Source: Mustelus asterias (Eukaryota). From it: a DNA stretch of 64,000 nucleotides. A model generated the notes under the pieces. The model worked only from the letters and a program-made list of their open reading frames with translations. It searched no databases and was not told where the DNA came from. The position numbers were made by a program, and so were the translations under genes. Below, piece by piece: positions 37,001-49,000 of the stretch; position 1 is the stretch's first letter, and the number at the start of each line of letters is the position of its first letter. The stretch is taken from contig NC_135814.1 in assembly GCF_964213995.1 (NCBI RefSeq), positions 59,830,001-59,894,000 on the forward strand. Reading direction: 5' to 3'.

Positions 37001-40000
37001 GCAAGGGTTAGAAATGCACCATCTGAAGATGAAAGAAGGTCAACTTGGTTCCGAAGAAGAGTCATACTGGACTCGATGTTAACTTTGTTTCTCTCTGCAT
37101 GGATGCTGCCAGACTTGTTGAGTTTTTTCAGAACTTCCTGTTTTTCTTTTAGATCTCTGCATTCACAGTAATTTGCTTTTATGTCCCAGAGCTTACGAGG
37201 AACCAGGCCATTTTGGACCTAGTAATGTGGAATGAAACATTCATTAAAAACCTCTTGGTAAAGGTCCCTTTTGGCAAGCATGATCATAACATGACTGAAT
37301 TTCGCATTCAGTTTGAATGAGAAATGTGGGCTGCTGCACCTCGGATATGTTGGCCAACTGACATTCTGGACAAAAATACTCAAATTTCATACAACAATCT
37401 CCTTTATTGTACCTTGCCAGGTTACCACAAAAGTATCAAGACTCCACTATAGAGTATCAAGAGCTCTATTACACAAAGTATCAAAACTCTCAGCTTGGAC
37501 CTAAATACAACCCATTAAGAGGCGAGGTGATCAGTCTCATCTCTCGGTGGGTTCTGATGTCCTTTCTGAGTCCCAGACCCAGGGTGGTGCTTCTTTCCAT
37601 TATTGTTCCTGTAGGTTGTCGCTCTTGATGTTTCTTTGTCTTTCCTTTTTATCTGGTACTGATCATGCTGTTAGTCACATACTGACAGGCACTGCTGAAT
37701 CACTGTCTTTAAGTCATGACTGCTCAGGGAGTTGTGTTTATCTCAGGAAGTCTTGTTTCTGAGCACTTCCACTCACAGGGTCTGTGTTCAATCACTGTCC
37801 ACCAGAGGCATTGCACAGCATTGTCTCACATGAGGTGATTGCCCAATCAACAATTCCTGTTCCTTACTGCAGATCACAATTCTTATCCCGATGCAGAGTT
37901 AGCCTTTTGAACCAATAGACTTTGCTGGTGTCTTCATGGATACCCGCCAGGGTACAGGGCCATAACTAATATTTTAAACTTAAATAAAGGCAATTACAAG
38001 GGTATGAAGACAGAATTGGCTAAATTGGACTGGGTAAATAGGTTAAAGGCAAGACAATCGAGAAACTGTGGCAGACATTTAAGCAGATCTATTCATTTGA
38101 GGAAGAAAGACTCCAACAGAAGGATACACCATCCATAGCTAACCAAGGAAGTTAAGTGTGGTATTGAATTGAAAGGAAAGGCTCACAATGCTGTGAAGAT
38201 TGATGGAAAGAAGTAGGCAGAGAAACCAGCAAAGGATTCCTAAAACAAAATGGAAGGAGAAATTGGAGTGCAAGAGAAAACTAGCATGAAAAGGAAAAAG
38301 ACAGTATAAGCTTCTACAAGTACAACTACTGGATCCTGTATTCAGGATGCTCGGGACTCGACATGTTATGGATTTGGGGATTTTATCGAGTTTGTTTTAC
38401 CATGCATTTACAAAACATGATGAAAGTATGAGAAATAAACATTAAAAGGCTTTTATTTACTTTTAGTGTTTAATTAATGTGTTTTATTTTCGTAAATTGC
38501 ATCTCAACCAAAGAAAAGTTAATTGCCGTGCGGGCAGAAGTTGAAGGTTCAGATTCCGTTGTACTACTTTTAAACATGTCCTGTAGTTTAAGTTGGTTTA
38601 AACAGGTGGGCCTTTCTTTCAAAAACAGCTCTTCTTTTCTGTAGACCCACATAATAAGTGGCTCCATAACAAAGCCCTTTTACTCAATCCCATGAATCAA
38701 TTCATACATTCATAAGATATAGGAGCAGAATTAGTCCATTCGGCCCATCGAGTCTGCTCTGCCATTCGATCATGGCTGATATGCTCCTCATCCCCATTTT
38801 CCTGCCTTTTCCCCATAACCTTCCAATCCATTACTAATTAAAAATCTGTCTAACTCATCAAATTTACTCACTGTCCCAGCAACCACTGCAGTTTGGGGTA
38901 GCGAATTCCACAGATTCACAAACCTTTGGGAGAAGTAGTTTCTCTGTTTTAAATTTGCTACCCCTTATCCTAAGACTATGACCTCTCGTCCTAGAATGAC
39001 CCACCAGTGGAAGCAACTGCTCCACATCTACTTTATCCATACCTTTTATCATCTTGAATACCTCAATTTGATCTCCCCTCATTCTTCTAAATTTCAGAGT
39101 ACAATTCCCCTGTAATGCTTATACATTTGTCAGTAGACACTTTATTTCTGTTTATCCAACACATTACTTTCATCATTATCACTCTTGTTCTGTTTATTTT
39201 TATTTATGACCGTATCACATATTTCACTGTCAGTGAGGAAGGAGGTGAACTAGAGCACCATTGTCAATGTTCAGACATTCCTCAACCACTTCTTCTTCTA
39301 AGCTCAGCACATGATAAATCCTTTGCATATCTTCAATTTCTTTTCTCCTCAGACATGCAAAAACCACTAAAATCAGGTGCAGTTTCACAGTCACCATTTT
39401 AAAAACCACAAGTTGTGCCATCCATTTATCAAAACACTTTGGGATAGATTGGTCCTTCACAACGTTCCTGAGTGCATTTTTTGTGTTGAATTATTTCTGG
39501 AATTCCTTAAATCCCAAGCCTCTTGCGCACTGTGAGCTCTTTGCACATTAATTCAGCCTTGGACCCAAATGCCCGCAGAATTCCTTGATCCATGGACTGG
39601 ACAAATAAGTTCCAAAAACATTGTCCCGGACGATGAGTTCTGCAGTGGGATGTGCAGCACATTATCACAGAGTAACATACTCTGAGTTCTGGCTTCAGGG
39701 ACAAAATGATTCTCGTACCAATCAAGGAAAATTGGTCTAGTCATCCATATACACTTATTGGCCTTATAAGAAACAGAAAAATTCTTGATCCCCTTGAAAG
39801 ATCTAGGATTCTGACTTTTACCAATAACAAGCAACTTACACCTGTGGGTGACTGCTGCATTTGAACATAGTAAGAAGTTTCACAACACCAGGTTAAAGTC
39901 CAATAGGTTTATTTGGTAGCACAAGCTTTCGGAGCGCTGCTCCTGTGGCTTGTGCTATCAAATAAACCTGTTGGACTTTAACCTGGTGTTGTGAGACTTC

Positions 40001-43000
40001 TTACTGTGCTTACCCCAGTCCAAAGCTGGCATCTCCACATCATGGCATTTGAACATCCCAGTATAGTAAGCCATTTGTTCCTTAGAATCTTTGAATCTCG
40101 TTGGTGCTGTCTCACCCGCAGTTACATCAGTTTTCTTGGGAACATGCCTCTAATATAGAGGCCTCATCAGTATTATACACTTACTCTGCTGTTAGACCTT
40201 CTGATATTATTGTGGAAAATGCATCTAATTATGCCTCTGCAGCTTGATTGGCACCTAAAGCTTTTTGCATGGATACTTTCAATGGACAAACACCATAGTG
40301 TTTTTAAACATTTGTTATACCACCTTAGCAAGTATTTGCATGGTGTTGTTAAACGTGGCTCTTCATGGAACACTTTCACTTTGCCACATAATAACTTGGC
40401 CCACGGAAATGATCAAATGGATATTTCTAGCTTCGACGCTGCCTGATTCACTTAGTTGCACTTAGTCTGAATGGACAGTCTTGACTGATGGAGTGTTCTC
40501 CTATTATCCATTAATTAGGATAAATCACTGGCAGCATAAGCTTTAAGAAACTTCTTTTGTCTCTTTAACTCCTAAATGGTCGATGTACCAGCACCATACT
40601 CTTCACTTTTCACCGAAGCATTGTTCTTTACCCAAATAGTAACTCCATTTTCTGCTGATTATTTCTGCTTGCCTTTTTGACATGAAACCAGCAATAATAA
40701 AGGCTAGAACTACAGAGAAACACTGTGTACAGGTAATTGATGTGGCAACCAATAGTACCATTAAATAAAGTGAGAGCTTGACAAATTAGTCTGCACATCA
40801 TATTTAAATTGCTAAACATGGCGACACTGTCAAATGCAGCCGATTTTTCGGGATGCCAGATAAGGGGTCCAGTCCCTGTATATAAAAAGGGAAAGTGTAG
40901 TTAAAGTGAGCATTGGTCCCTTTGATGATAGGACAGTGGAATTAATAATGGGAAATGAGGAAATGGCAGAGGGTCTATTCATCTTCATAGTCAAAGACAC
41001 AAAGCGTTTCCCAAGAATAATAGAAGATCAAGAGGCAAGGGGAGGGCGGGACATAAAGCAATCCATATACTAGAGAAAAAATAATGAGAATTCTAATAGG
41101 ACTTGGGGTTGACAAGTGCTCTGGACCTGATGGCCTGCATCCTAGCGCCTTAATGGAATTGGTTGCCGGATACATTGGTTGTAATTTTTGAAAATCCTCT
41201 AGATTCTGGAAAATCCCAGCAGATTAGAAAACTGCAAATGTAATACCTTTGTTAAAGAAATGAGGAGACAGAGAGCAGGAAACTATAGGCAAGTTAGCCT
41301 AATGTCTGTCATTTGGGAAAATGGTAGAATCCATTATTAAAGAGGTAGTAGTGGGACATTTGGAAAATCATAATACAATCAGGCAGATTCAGCATGGTTT
41401 TGTGAAAGAGAAATTGTGTTTGACAAATTTACTAGAGTTCTCTGAGATGTAACAAGCAAGGTGGAGCAAGTGGAACCAGGGGATATTGTGTATTTGGATT
41501 TTCGAAAGACATTCAATTAGGTGCCGCATTGAAAGTTAGCATGGATGGAGGAGGGCTGGCTAACAAGCAGGGAACAGAATATAGGGATAAATGATTCATT
41601 TTCAGGATGGTAAACTAATGAGTGGAGTGACACAGGGAGGATCAGTGTTGGGGCCTCAGCTATTTACGATCTACATTAATGACTTGGATGAAGGGACTCA
41701 TTGTACTGTAGCCAAATTCGCTAACAATATGAAGATAGATAGGAGAATACAAAGAAGCTGCAAAGGAATATGGATAGGTTAAATGAGTGGGCAATAATTT
41801 GGCAGGCGGAGTATAATGTGAGAAATTGCTGTACACTTGGGTGGAAAGAATAGAAAAGCAAAATATTTGAATGGGAAGAAGCTGCAGAATGCTGCAGGAC
41901 AGAGGGATCTATGTGTCCTTGTATGTGAAATGCCGACATGCTGGCCCAGGAAGAGATTAGGAAGGCAAATGGAATGTTGACCTTTCTTGCAAAGAGGTTG
42001 GAGTATAACAGTAGGAAAGTCTTTCTACAACTACAAAGGCATTGATTGAGACCATACCTGAAGTGCTGTACAGTTTTGGTCACCTTACTTGCATTAGAAG
42101 CAGTTCAGGGAAAGTTCACTTGGTCGATTTCTGTGGTAAGGGGTTGGTCTCAGGAGAAAAGGTTGAGCTAGTTGGGTCTGTACTGATTGGAGTTTATACG
42201 AATGAGAGGTGATCTTATTGAAACATAAAATTCTGAGGGAGTTTGAAGGTAAATGCTGAGAGAATGTTTCCCCCTGGGGGAAACTTTAATTTAGGGAGTT
42301 TTGAAATAAGGGCTCTACCATTTAAGATAGAGATGAGGATTGTTTCTCTCAGAGGGCCATTAATGTTTGTAATTCTCTTCCCCAGCAAGGCTGAGTTAGC
42401 CCGATTTTTGATCTACAAAGGAATCCAGTGTTATGGAAGGGCAGGCATGCAAATGGAGTTAAGGCCACAGTCAGATCAGCTGTGAATTTATTGAATACAG
42501 TAAGAGTTTTAACAACACCAGGTTAAAGTCCAACAGATTTATTTGGTAGCAAACACCATTAGCTTTCGGAGCGCTGCTCCTTCGTCAGATGGAGTGGAAA
42601 TATGATTTAGCATCCAGGCCAATTTTTTGAATGGCAGAGCAGGCTCAAGGGACTGAATGGCCTACTGCTCCAAATATGTTTTTATATGAACTTCTCCGAA
42701 CAGATTAACTGTCCCATTACTCTGTTTCTGTGACCTTATTGTGTACAAATTGACAGCCTATATTTTTTGGTTTTTTTCCAAAGACAATTGCTGGAATTTT
42801 ACCGCCCCACCTGCCACAAAAATCCGAACAGGCGAGGGCGGAAAATGGGAAGGTCTGTTGACCTTGGGCAGGATTTTCCAGTCTCGGGTCAAGTGAGGCT
42901 ATAAAATCCCATCCAATTTGTTACATTACAGAAGTAGTTCAGTGGCTGTGAAGCACTTTAGGACCCACTGAAGTTGTGAAAGTTGTTATATAAATGGAAA

Positions 43001-46000
43001 TGCATTTTTCCTTTGATAGAATTTTTGAATTCATGTTTAATTTTTTGAAATGGAGTGAGGGATTTTAAATTCTAAAATAAAGTATTTTCTCCCTAACTGC
43101 ATATTCCAATCTAATCTTGAATAAGGCAATAGTCAGGGATGCTGCTACTAAACCACTGACAACAGTATACTTGAGGGATCATCAGTTGAGTTTTTCACTT
43201 GTATTATTTTTCAAACTGGACCACATTAGCTTCACCCAATATGACCTCTGAACTTACTGTCACCATTAAACTTTTTTTTAGAATGTACGAAGCAAAGTGA
43301 GGTATATTTGTCCTGGGAACAGAGTCCTTTTCTATTTCAGATTCCAGTGCTGGTATCAAATACACTCAGGTCGGGGTGTAACACATCCAGTTCCAAATTA
43401 TTATTTTCCGAAAAGATATTTACCCTGATTTGAAGTCATAGAGGTTTACAGCATGGAAACAGGCCCTTCGGCCCAACTTGTCCATGCTGCCCTTTTTTTT
43501 AACCCTAAGCTAATCCCAATTGCCTGCATTTGGCCCATATCCCTCTATACCCATTTTATGCAAGTGTAACATTTCCATTTTGGAGTTTAGAACTGTGTAC
43601 ATATCCCAATTGCCTGTCCAACATATTTCACATAGGAACTTACAACTGGCAGAATACTTTTAAATCACCTTTTCTTAGATTTGAGTCAGGTTGCTAACAT
43701 TTTGTTACCTTTACAGGGTTTACAAAGGGTTACCTTTACAGCACCTAATCCTACAGTAATTCATGCTCTGCTACTCAAGGATGTAACCCACATGTACATC
43801 AATGACATTTAATATTTAAGATTTTTTTTTAGTATTACTGTTCAAAATTGGGACCAGAATAGCCTTTTACCTTCTAATCTATACAGGCCAAAATAATTGG
43901 GTAGGATTAGTTCCAAAGGAAGTGAAAGTTAACGAGTTCCTGACCTGTGAATGTTGTTGCTTCAAAAAATTAGTTCTAACCAGGCTTTTGAATTGCTATT
44001 TCTCTCTCCTAGGTTGGCAGCCTCGTTGGTTCATACTGGATAATGGCATACTTTCCTATTATGATTCTCAGGATGATGTTAATAAAGGCAGCAAAGGAAG
44101 TATCAAAATGGCTGTATGTGAAATTAAAGGTAAAGAATAACCTATTTCCCAAGTCAAAATATCATAAATGAAAGTATACATTTCTTTCCATACTCCGTGT
44201 GACATATTACTACTGTGGGATCTTCATTTTAGAGTGCTTTAAATTCTGTGTTTTAGAATTTAGGGCAGGATGCTTTAAGCATTGGTTTAATTCACATTTA
44301 CTGAAGGTTCGTCTTCAGAAAACCAAAACCTGATAATTTATCAGATAGCTTGTAAATTGTTGTAGATTGCTAACCTTTTTAATGGAAGTTAGAGTACCAA
44401 TTGTAGTTTTTAATTACAAATTTCCAAAAAAATTATCTTAAGTATTTTGCATTTGACATACCACTAGAATATTTCATAAGTTATTTTTCTTTAAAATTAG
44501 TACATCCAACAGACAGCACACGAATGGAGCTGATTATTCCCGGAGAGCAGCATTTCTATGTGAAATCAGTCAATGCTGCTGAAAGGCAGAGATGGTTGGT
44601 GGCACTAGGAAGTTCAAAAGCATGCCTGACAGATACCAGGACTAAAAAGGAAAAAGGTAACATTAACTGCAAACAAGATTTGTAACACACAATAGAGGCA
44701 ACTGTAAGCTCTCTGTTGTAACTTTGTTTTCCTGATAAACTGTTGTGCAAATAATTAGGTTTTTCTGGTTGCCCTTACACTATTTCTTATGCCCATTTTA
44801 GTGAATGTAACTAGATTTTTAAGCCATTTGGAGATGATTATATGAAAATGTCCAAAGTCAGCAAATCATTGATAGTGCCCACTAAACCCATTGTGATGAT
44901 AGTGTGCTATTGGTATATTTTATGTTTAAGGGGAATGTTTTAACATTCGGCTTTTTTCTACAGGTAGTCGGTGTATCTGGAGGGAATACAGCTCAGATGC
45001 TGTAGGAGAGTAGAATAATTTCTCATTGAGCCATGTAGTGTTTACTTACGAGAGCTAATCGAGTTTTGTTTATAAATGAAGTATTCCCCGAGGGTTTTTA
45101 ATTAGGTTGATTGGCAGAGTCATGCGATAATATGGTAAATGAGAGGAGCTAGGTTTGTAGCAGAGGAAAACAGCTTTCAGTTTTGGTTGAGGTTTGTTTT
45201 GAAGACAAGTTTTCTATAAGCTGCTCACTCACTCCACAAAAATCTCTCTGAATGCTTCAAGGCTGTTGACACTGATAGCAAGTATATTTATGTTCCTAAC
45301 TATTTAAAGTGGAATTTTAAGCCTGTAAGAGAATGTTGCATATTTGGAACTGAAACAGTAATAAGTTAGAAATTAAAGTTGTTTTCCTTCATTTTTAACT
45401 ATTGTTCAACTCTTAATAGTTAAGCTACATTGTTTGTTAGTTATACTTGAACGGTGTTATTAAATAAAGTTTGCTTTATTATAAAGCATCCCTAATTTGT
45501 CAGCGGAATTAATCCTGGAGTGAAGCATCTGATCCTCACATTTATGCCAAAATAGAAAAGTAGTTGGGGTCTAGTCTGGCTTCTTAATGTAATTTGGGAT
45601 TCTGGTCCAGGACCCTAACACCATGCTGATTAGGAAAATAAAAGTAAATGTAACGATTATAACCTTTTAGATATATGTTCAAAAATATCAGTTGCTGTCA
45701 GAAAGTTACTGATTTTTGTTTTGTAAATTACACAAAGTTGCAAAAAAAGCTGAAATAGACTGGTGTTGGTGCTGCACACTCTTTCCTTATCAGTCCATTC
45801 AAATCAATCCATTCACTCTTGCTGAACAAACTGATACTGAGCTCGTTCGTGTAAATGTGGCAAATGAATCCATTGCCTTACCTGTAAATTGTGCGCTTTT
45901 ATTTGAATTCTCTAGAAATCAGTGAAACCAATGAGTCTCTCAAAACTAAGATGTCAGAACTTCGGTTGTACTGTGACTTATTGATGCAGCAAGTTCATAC

Positions 46001-49000
46001 AATACAGGAGTCTGTCAGACAAGACCAGCCGAGTTTCTCACCCTCTGCTGAGGTATGATGTATCAGAAGATATACTGATAGATGTTAGATTTGGTAAACA
46101 TGTAATTAAATTTCCTACTCTCGTGGATGTACAGTGGACTGTTGGGCCATAATCAGAAGCTCCTGAGTCAAACTGCCTTATTGTCAGTCTATGACTTTCT
46201 TTTGTTGACAATTTTTTTTTTTGCTATATGTAAATCATTCTACCAGGTCATCGAAATGCATAAAAGCTACGATATAAATGGATCACAAGTCCAAAGAAGT
46301 TTATTTAGTAGTGTCACAAGTAGGCTTGCAATAACACTGCAATGAAGTTGCTGTGAAAATCCCCTAGTTGCCACATTCCAGCACCTGTTCAGGTATACGG
46401 AGAGAGAATTTAGCATGCCAATATACCTAACCAGCACATCTTTCCATCTTTCGAGGAAACCCACACAGACACGGGGCGAACGTGCAAACTCTGCACAGAC
46501 AGGGCCAGGAATTGAACCTGGATCCCTGGCGCTGTGAGGCAGTAGCACTAACTACTGTGCCACCATGCCGCCCATTCATGTTGGTGCTGATCCTTCATCC
46601 AAGGGAAAAAGTTCTTTTTGCATTTACGGAACTTGTACAATGTCCCTTCATCCACCTGTCAAATATAATCTTGAATGTTGACAGTTTGTGCCATAACCAC
46701 CTTCTCTGGAAGTGAGTTCTATAACCTCACTATCTCTATGAATATTATACAAAAGAGTAGATGCTCTCTTCTGTTTTTCTGCTTACTTCATTATCAGGTT
46801 AAAGTGTTTATCTATAAGACCATAAGACCATAAGACATAGGAGCGGAAGTAAGGCCATTCGGCCCATCGAGTCCACTCCACCATTCAATCATGGTTGATT
46901 TCAACTCCATTTACCCGCTCTCTCCCCATAGCCCTTAATTCCTCGAGAAATCAAGAATTTATCAATTTCTGTCTTGAAGACGCTCAACGTCTCGGCCTCC
47001 ACAGCCCTCTGTGGCAATGAATTCCACAGACCCACCACTCTCTGGCTGAAGAAATTTCTCCTCATCTCTGTTCTAAAGTGACTCCCTTTTATTCTAAGGC
47101 TGTGCCCCCGCGTCCTAGTCTCCCCTGTTAATGGAAACAACTTCCCTACGTCCATCCTATCTAAGCCGTTCATTATCTTGTAAGTTTCTATCAGATCTCC
47201 CCTCAACCTCCTAAACTCCAATGAATATAATCCCACGATCCTCAGACGTTCATCGTATGTCAGGCCTACCATTCCTGGGATCATCCGTGTGAATCTCCGC
47301 TGGACCCGCTCCAGTGCCAGTATGTCCTTCCTGAGGTGTGGGGCCCAAAATTGCTCACAGTACTCCAAATGGGGCCTAACCAGTGCTTTATAAAGCCTCA
47401 GAAGTACATCCCTGCTTTTGTATTCCAAGCCTCTTGAGATAAATGACAACATTACATTTGCTTTCTGCTACAACTTTGTGAATTAATGAACAGTTACCCA
47501 GCTAAATATAACTCTCTAAAATAAACAAAGGCTGAATTCTTATTCCAATAATACAAGTTGGGTAAAGTGCTGCTCCATATTTCATAACTTAAAAACATTT
47601 TGCGTGGAATCTATAAATTGGTTCAAGCTTTTAGGTTCCTATGTAGCTTAGTATTTGGATAACTACAGATACACAACAGCGATCAATTGTGCAGTCTACA
47701 TTTAAAGTATGTTGTGAAATCTCTACATTTAAATAACATTTTTGTTTGTTTCATAGAACATGAATGAAGCCTCATCCTTGCTCAGTGCCACTTGCAATAC
47801 CTTCATTACAACTCTTGATGAGTGTATGAAAATAGCCAATGCCAAGTTTAAACCAGAAATGTTCCAATTCTCTGTCACTGATCCACTTGTCTCTCCTGTA
47901 TCACCATCACCTGTTCAGATGGTTCGGGTATGATACTATAAAAATATATTTACTAATGCTTTTGCAATTTGTCTACTGCTATTTCTCGTAAAACTTTGTC
48001 TTTTTCATGACTTGCACCTGATATAAATTGAGTTGTGATACAAGCTTAATTTAGATGATTTTAAAGTTGGTAACTTTCATTTTGATATTGCAGATGAAAC
48101 GATCCATTAGTCATCCTGGTACCATTCTTTATGATAGGTAAGTTAAAGGAATTATATTACTGGTTATAGATTCAAATTATATTTGGGTACTGGTAATTGT
48201 GATCGTTAATGATGAGACCTTTTTAACTATAGTATTTTCTATCCCAGCATGTCGGTATTGTCACTGATGCAATATAAATATGTTGTAGAATGTGCTGGCA
48301 ATGATAGAGTTCTTAATTCCTCAGTATAACTGTGCCCCTACATTGTTAGCACAAAGCTGGTCACAATTGATTTGAATGCAAGCAAGGACAGAACAGGATA
48401 TCAACGCTAGTGATGTTTAACATCTTAATTTTTAGCTTCTAATTATAAAAGATTCTATTTTAATGTAGTTATGGGTTTGGACTTTGTATTATTCTGGCTG
48501 CCAGTCCGTCACCATTCAGCAGTTTGACTTATCTATTTTATACTTGGATGATTACTTTCCTGAACATGTTTTGTGTCGAAATTAAATGTTGTCTTCAGCA
48601 GGAAACTGAACACTAATCACCAAAAGGAAGCAATTATTGTGACACCACATGGCGAAGAACACAGGAGAATATGGGCGTATTCAGGTGCTGAATCATGCGG
48701 CGATAGTGTTCTTGAACATGCAGAAAGTAAGCAAGCAAATCGATCCCTTCTTTATTAGAAATAAATCATAGAAACCCTACAGTGCAGAAGGAGGCCATTC
48801 GGCCCATCGAGTCTGCACCGACCACAATCCCACCCAGGCCCTACCCCCATATATTTACCCACTAATCCCTCTAACCTACACATCTTAGGATTCTAAGGGG
48901 CAATTTTTAACCTGGCCAATCAACCTAACCCGCACATCTTTGGACTGTGGGAGGAAACCGGAGCACCCGGAGGAAACCCACGCAGACACGAGGAGAAGTG

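Larger units (their letters stand above)
37960..42690 (+). mobile_element. Degenerate CR1 LINE split by later insertions
   Basis: CR1 ORF2 motifs (cagcatggttttgtgaaag, tatttggattttcgaaag, [23 protein letters not shown]); continuous across the Tigger insertion. Confidence 0.8.

Noticed and set aside
39919-39945. Additional hammerhead copy
   Set aside because: Truncated at the inversion junction and lacks the CUGAnGA half
39230-40700. Domesticated TIGD/JRK-like gene
   Set aside because: The transposase is fragmented by stops, frameshifts and a PLE insertion
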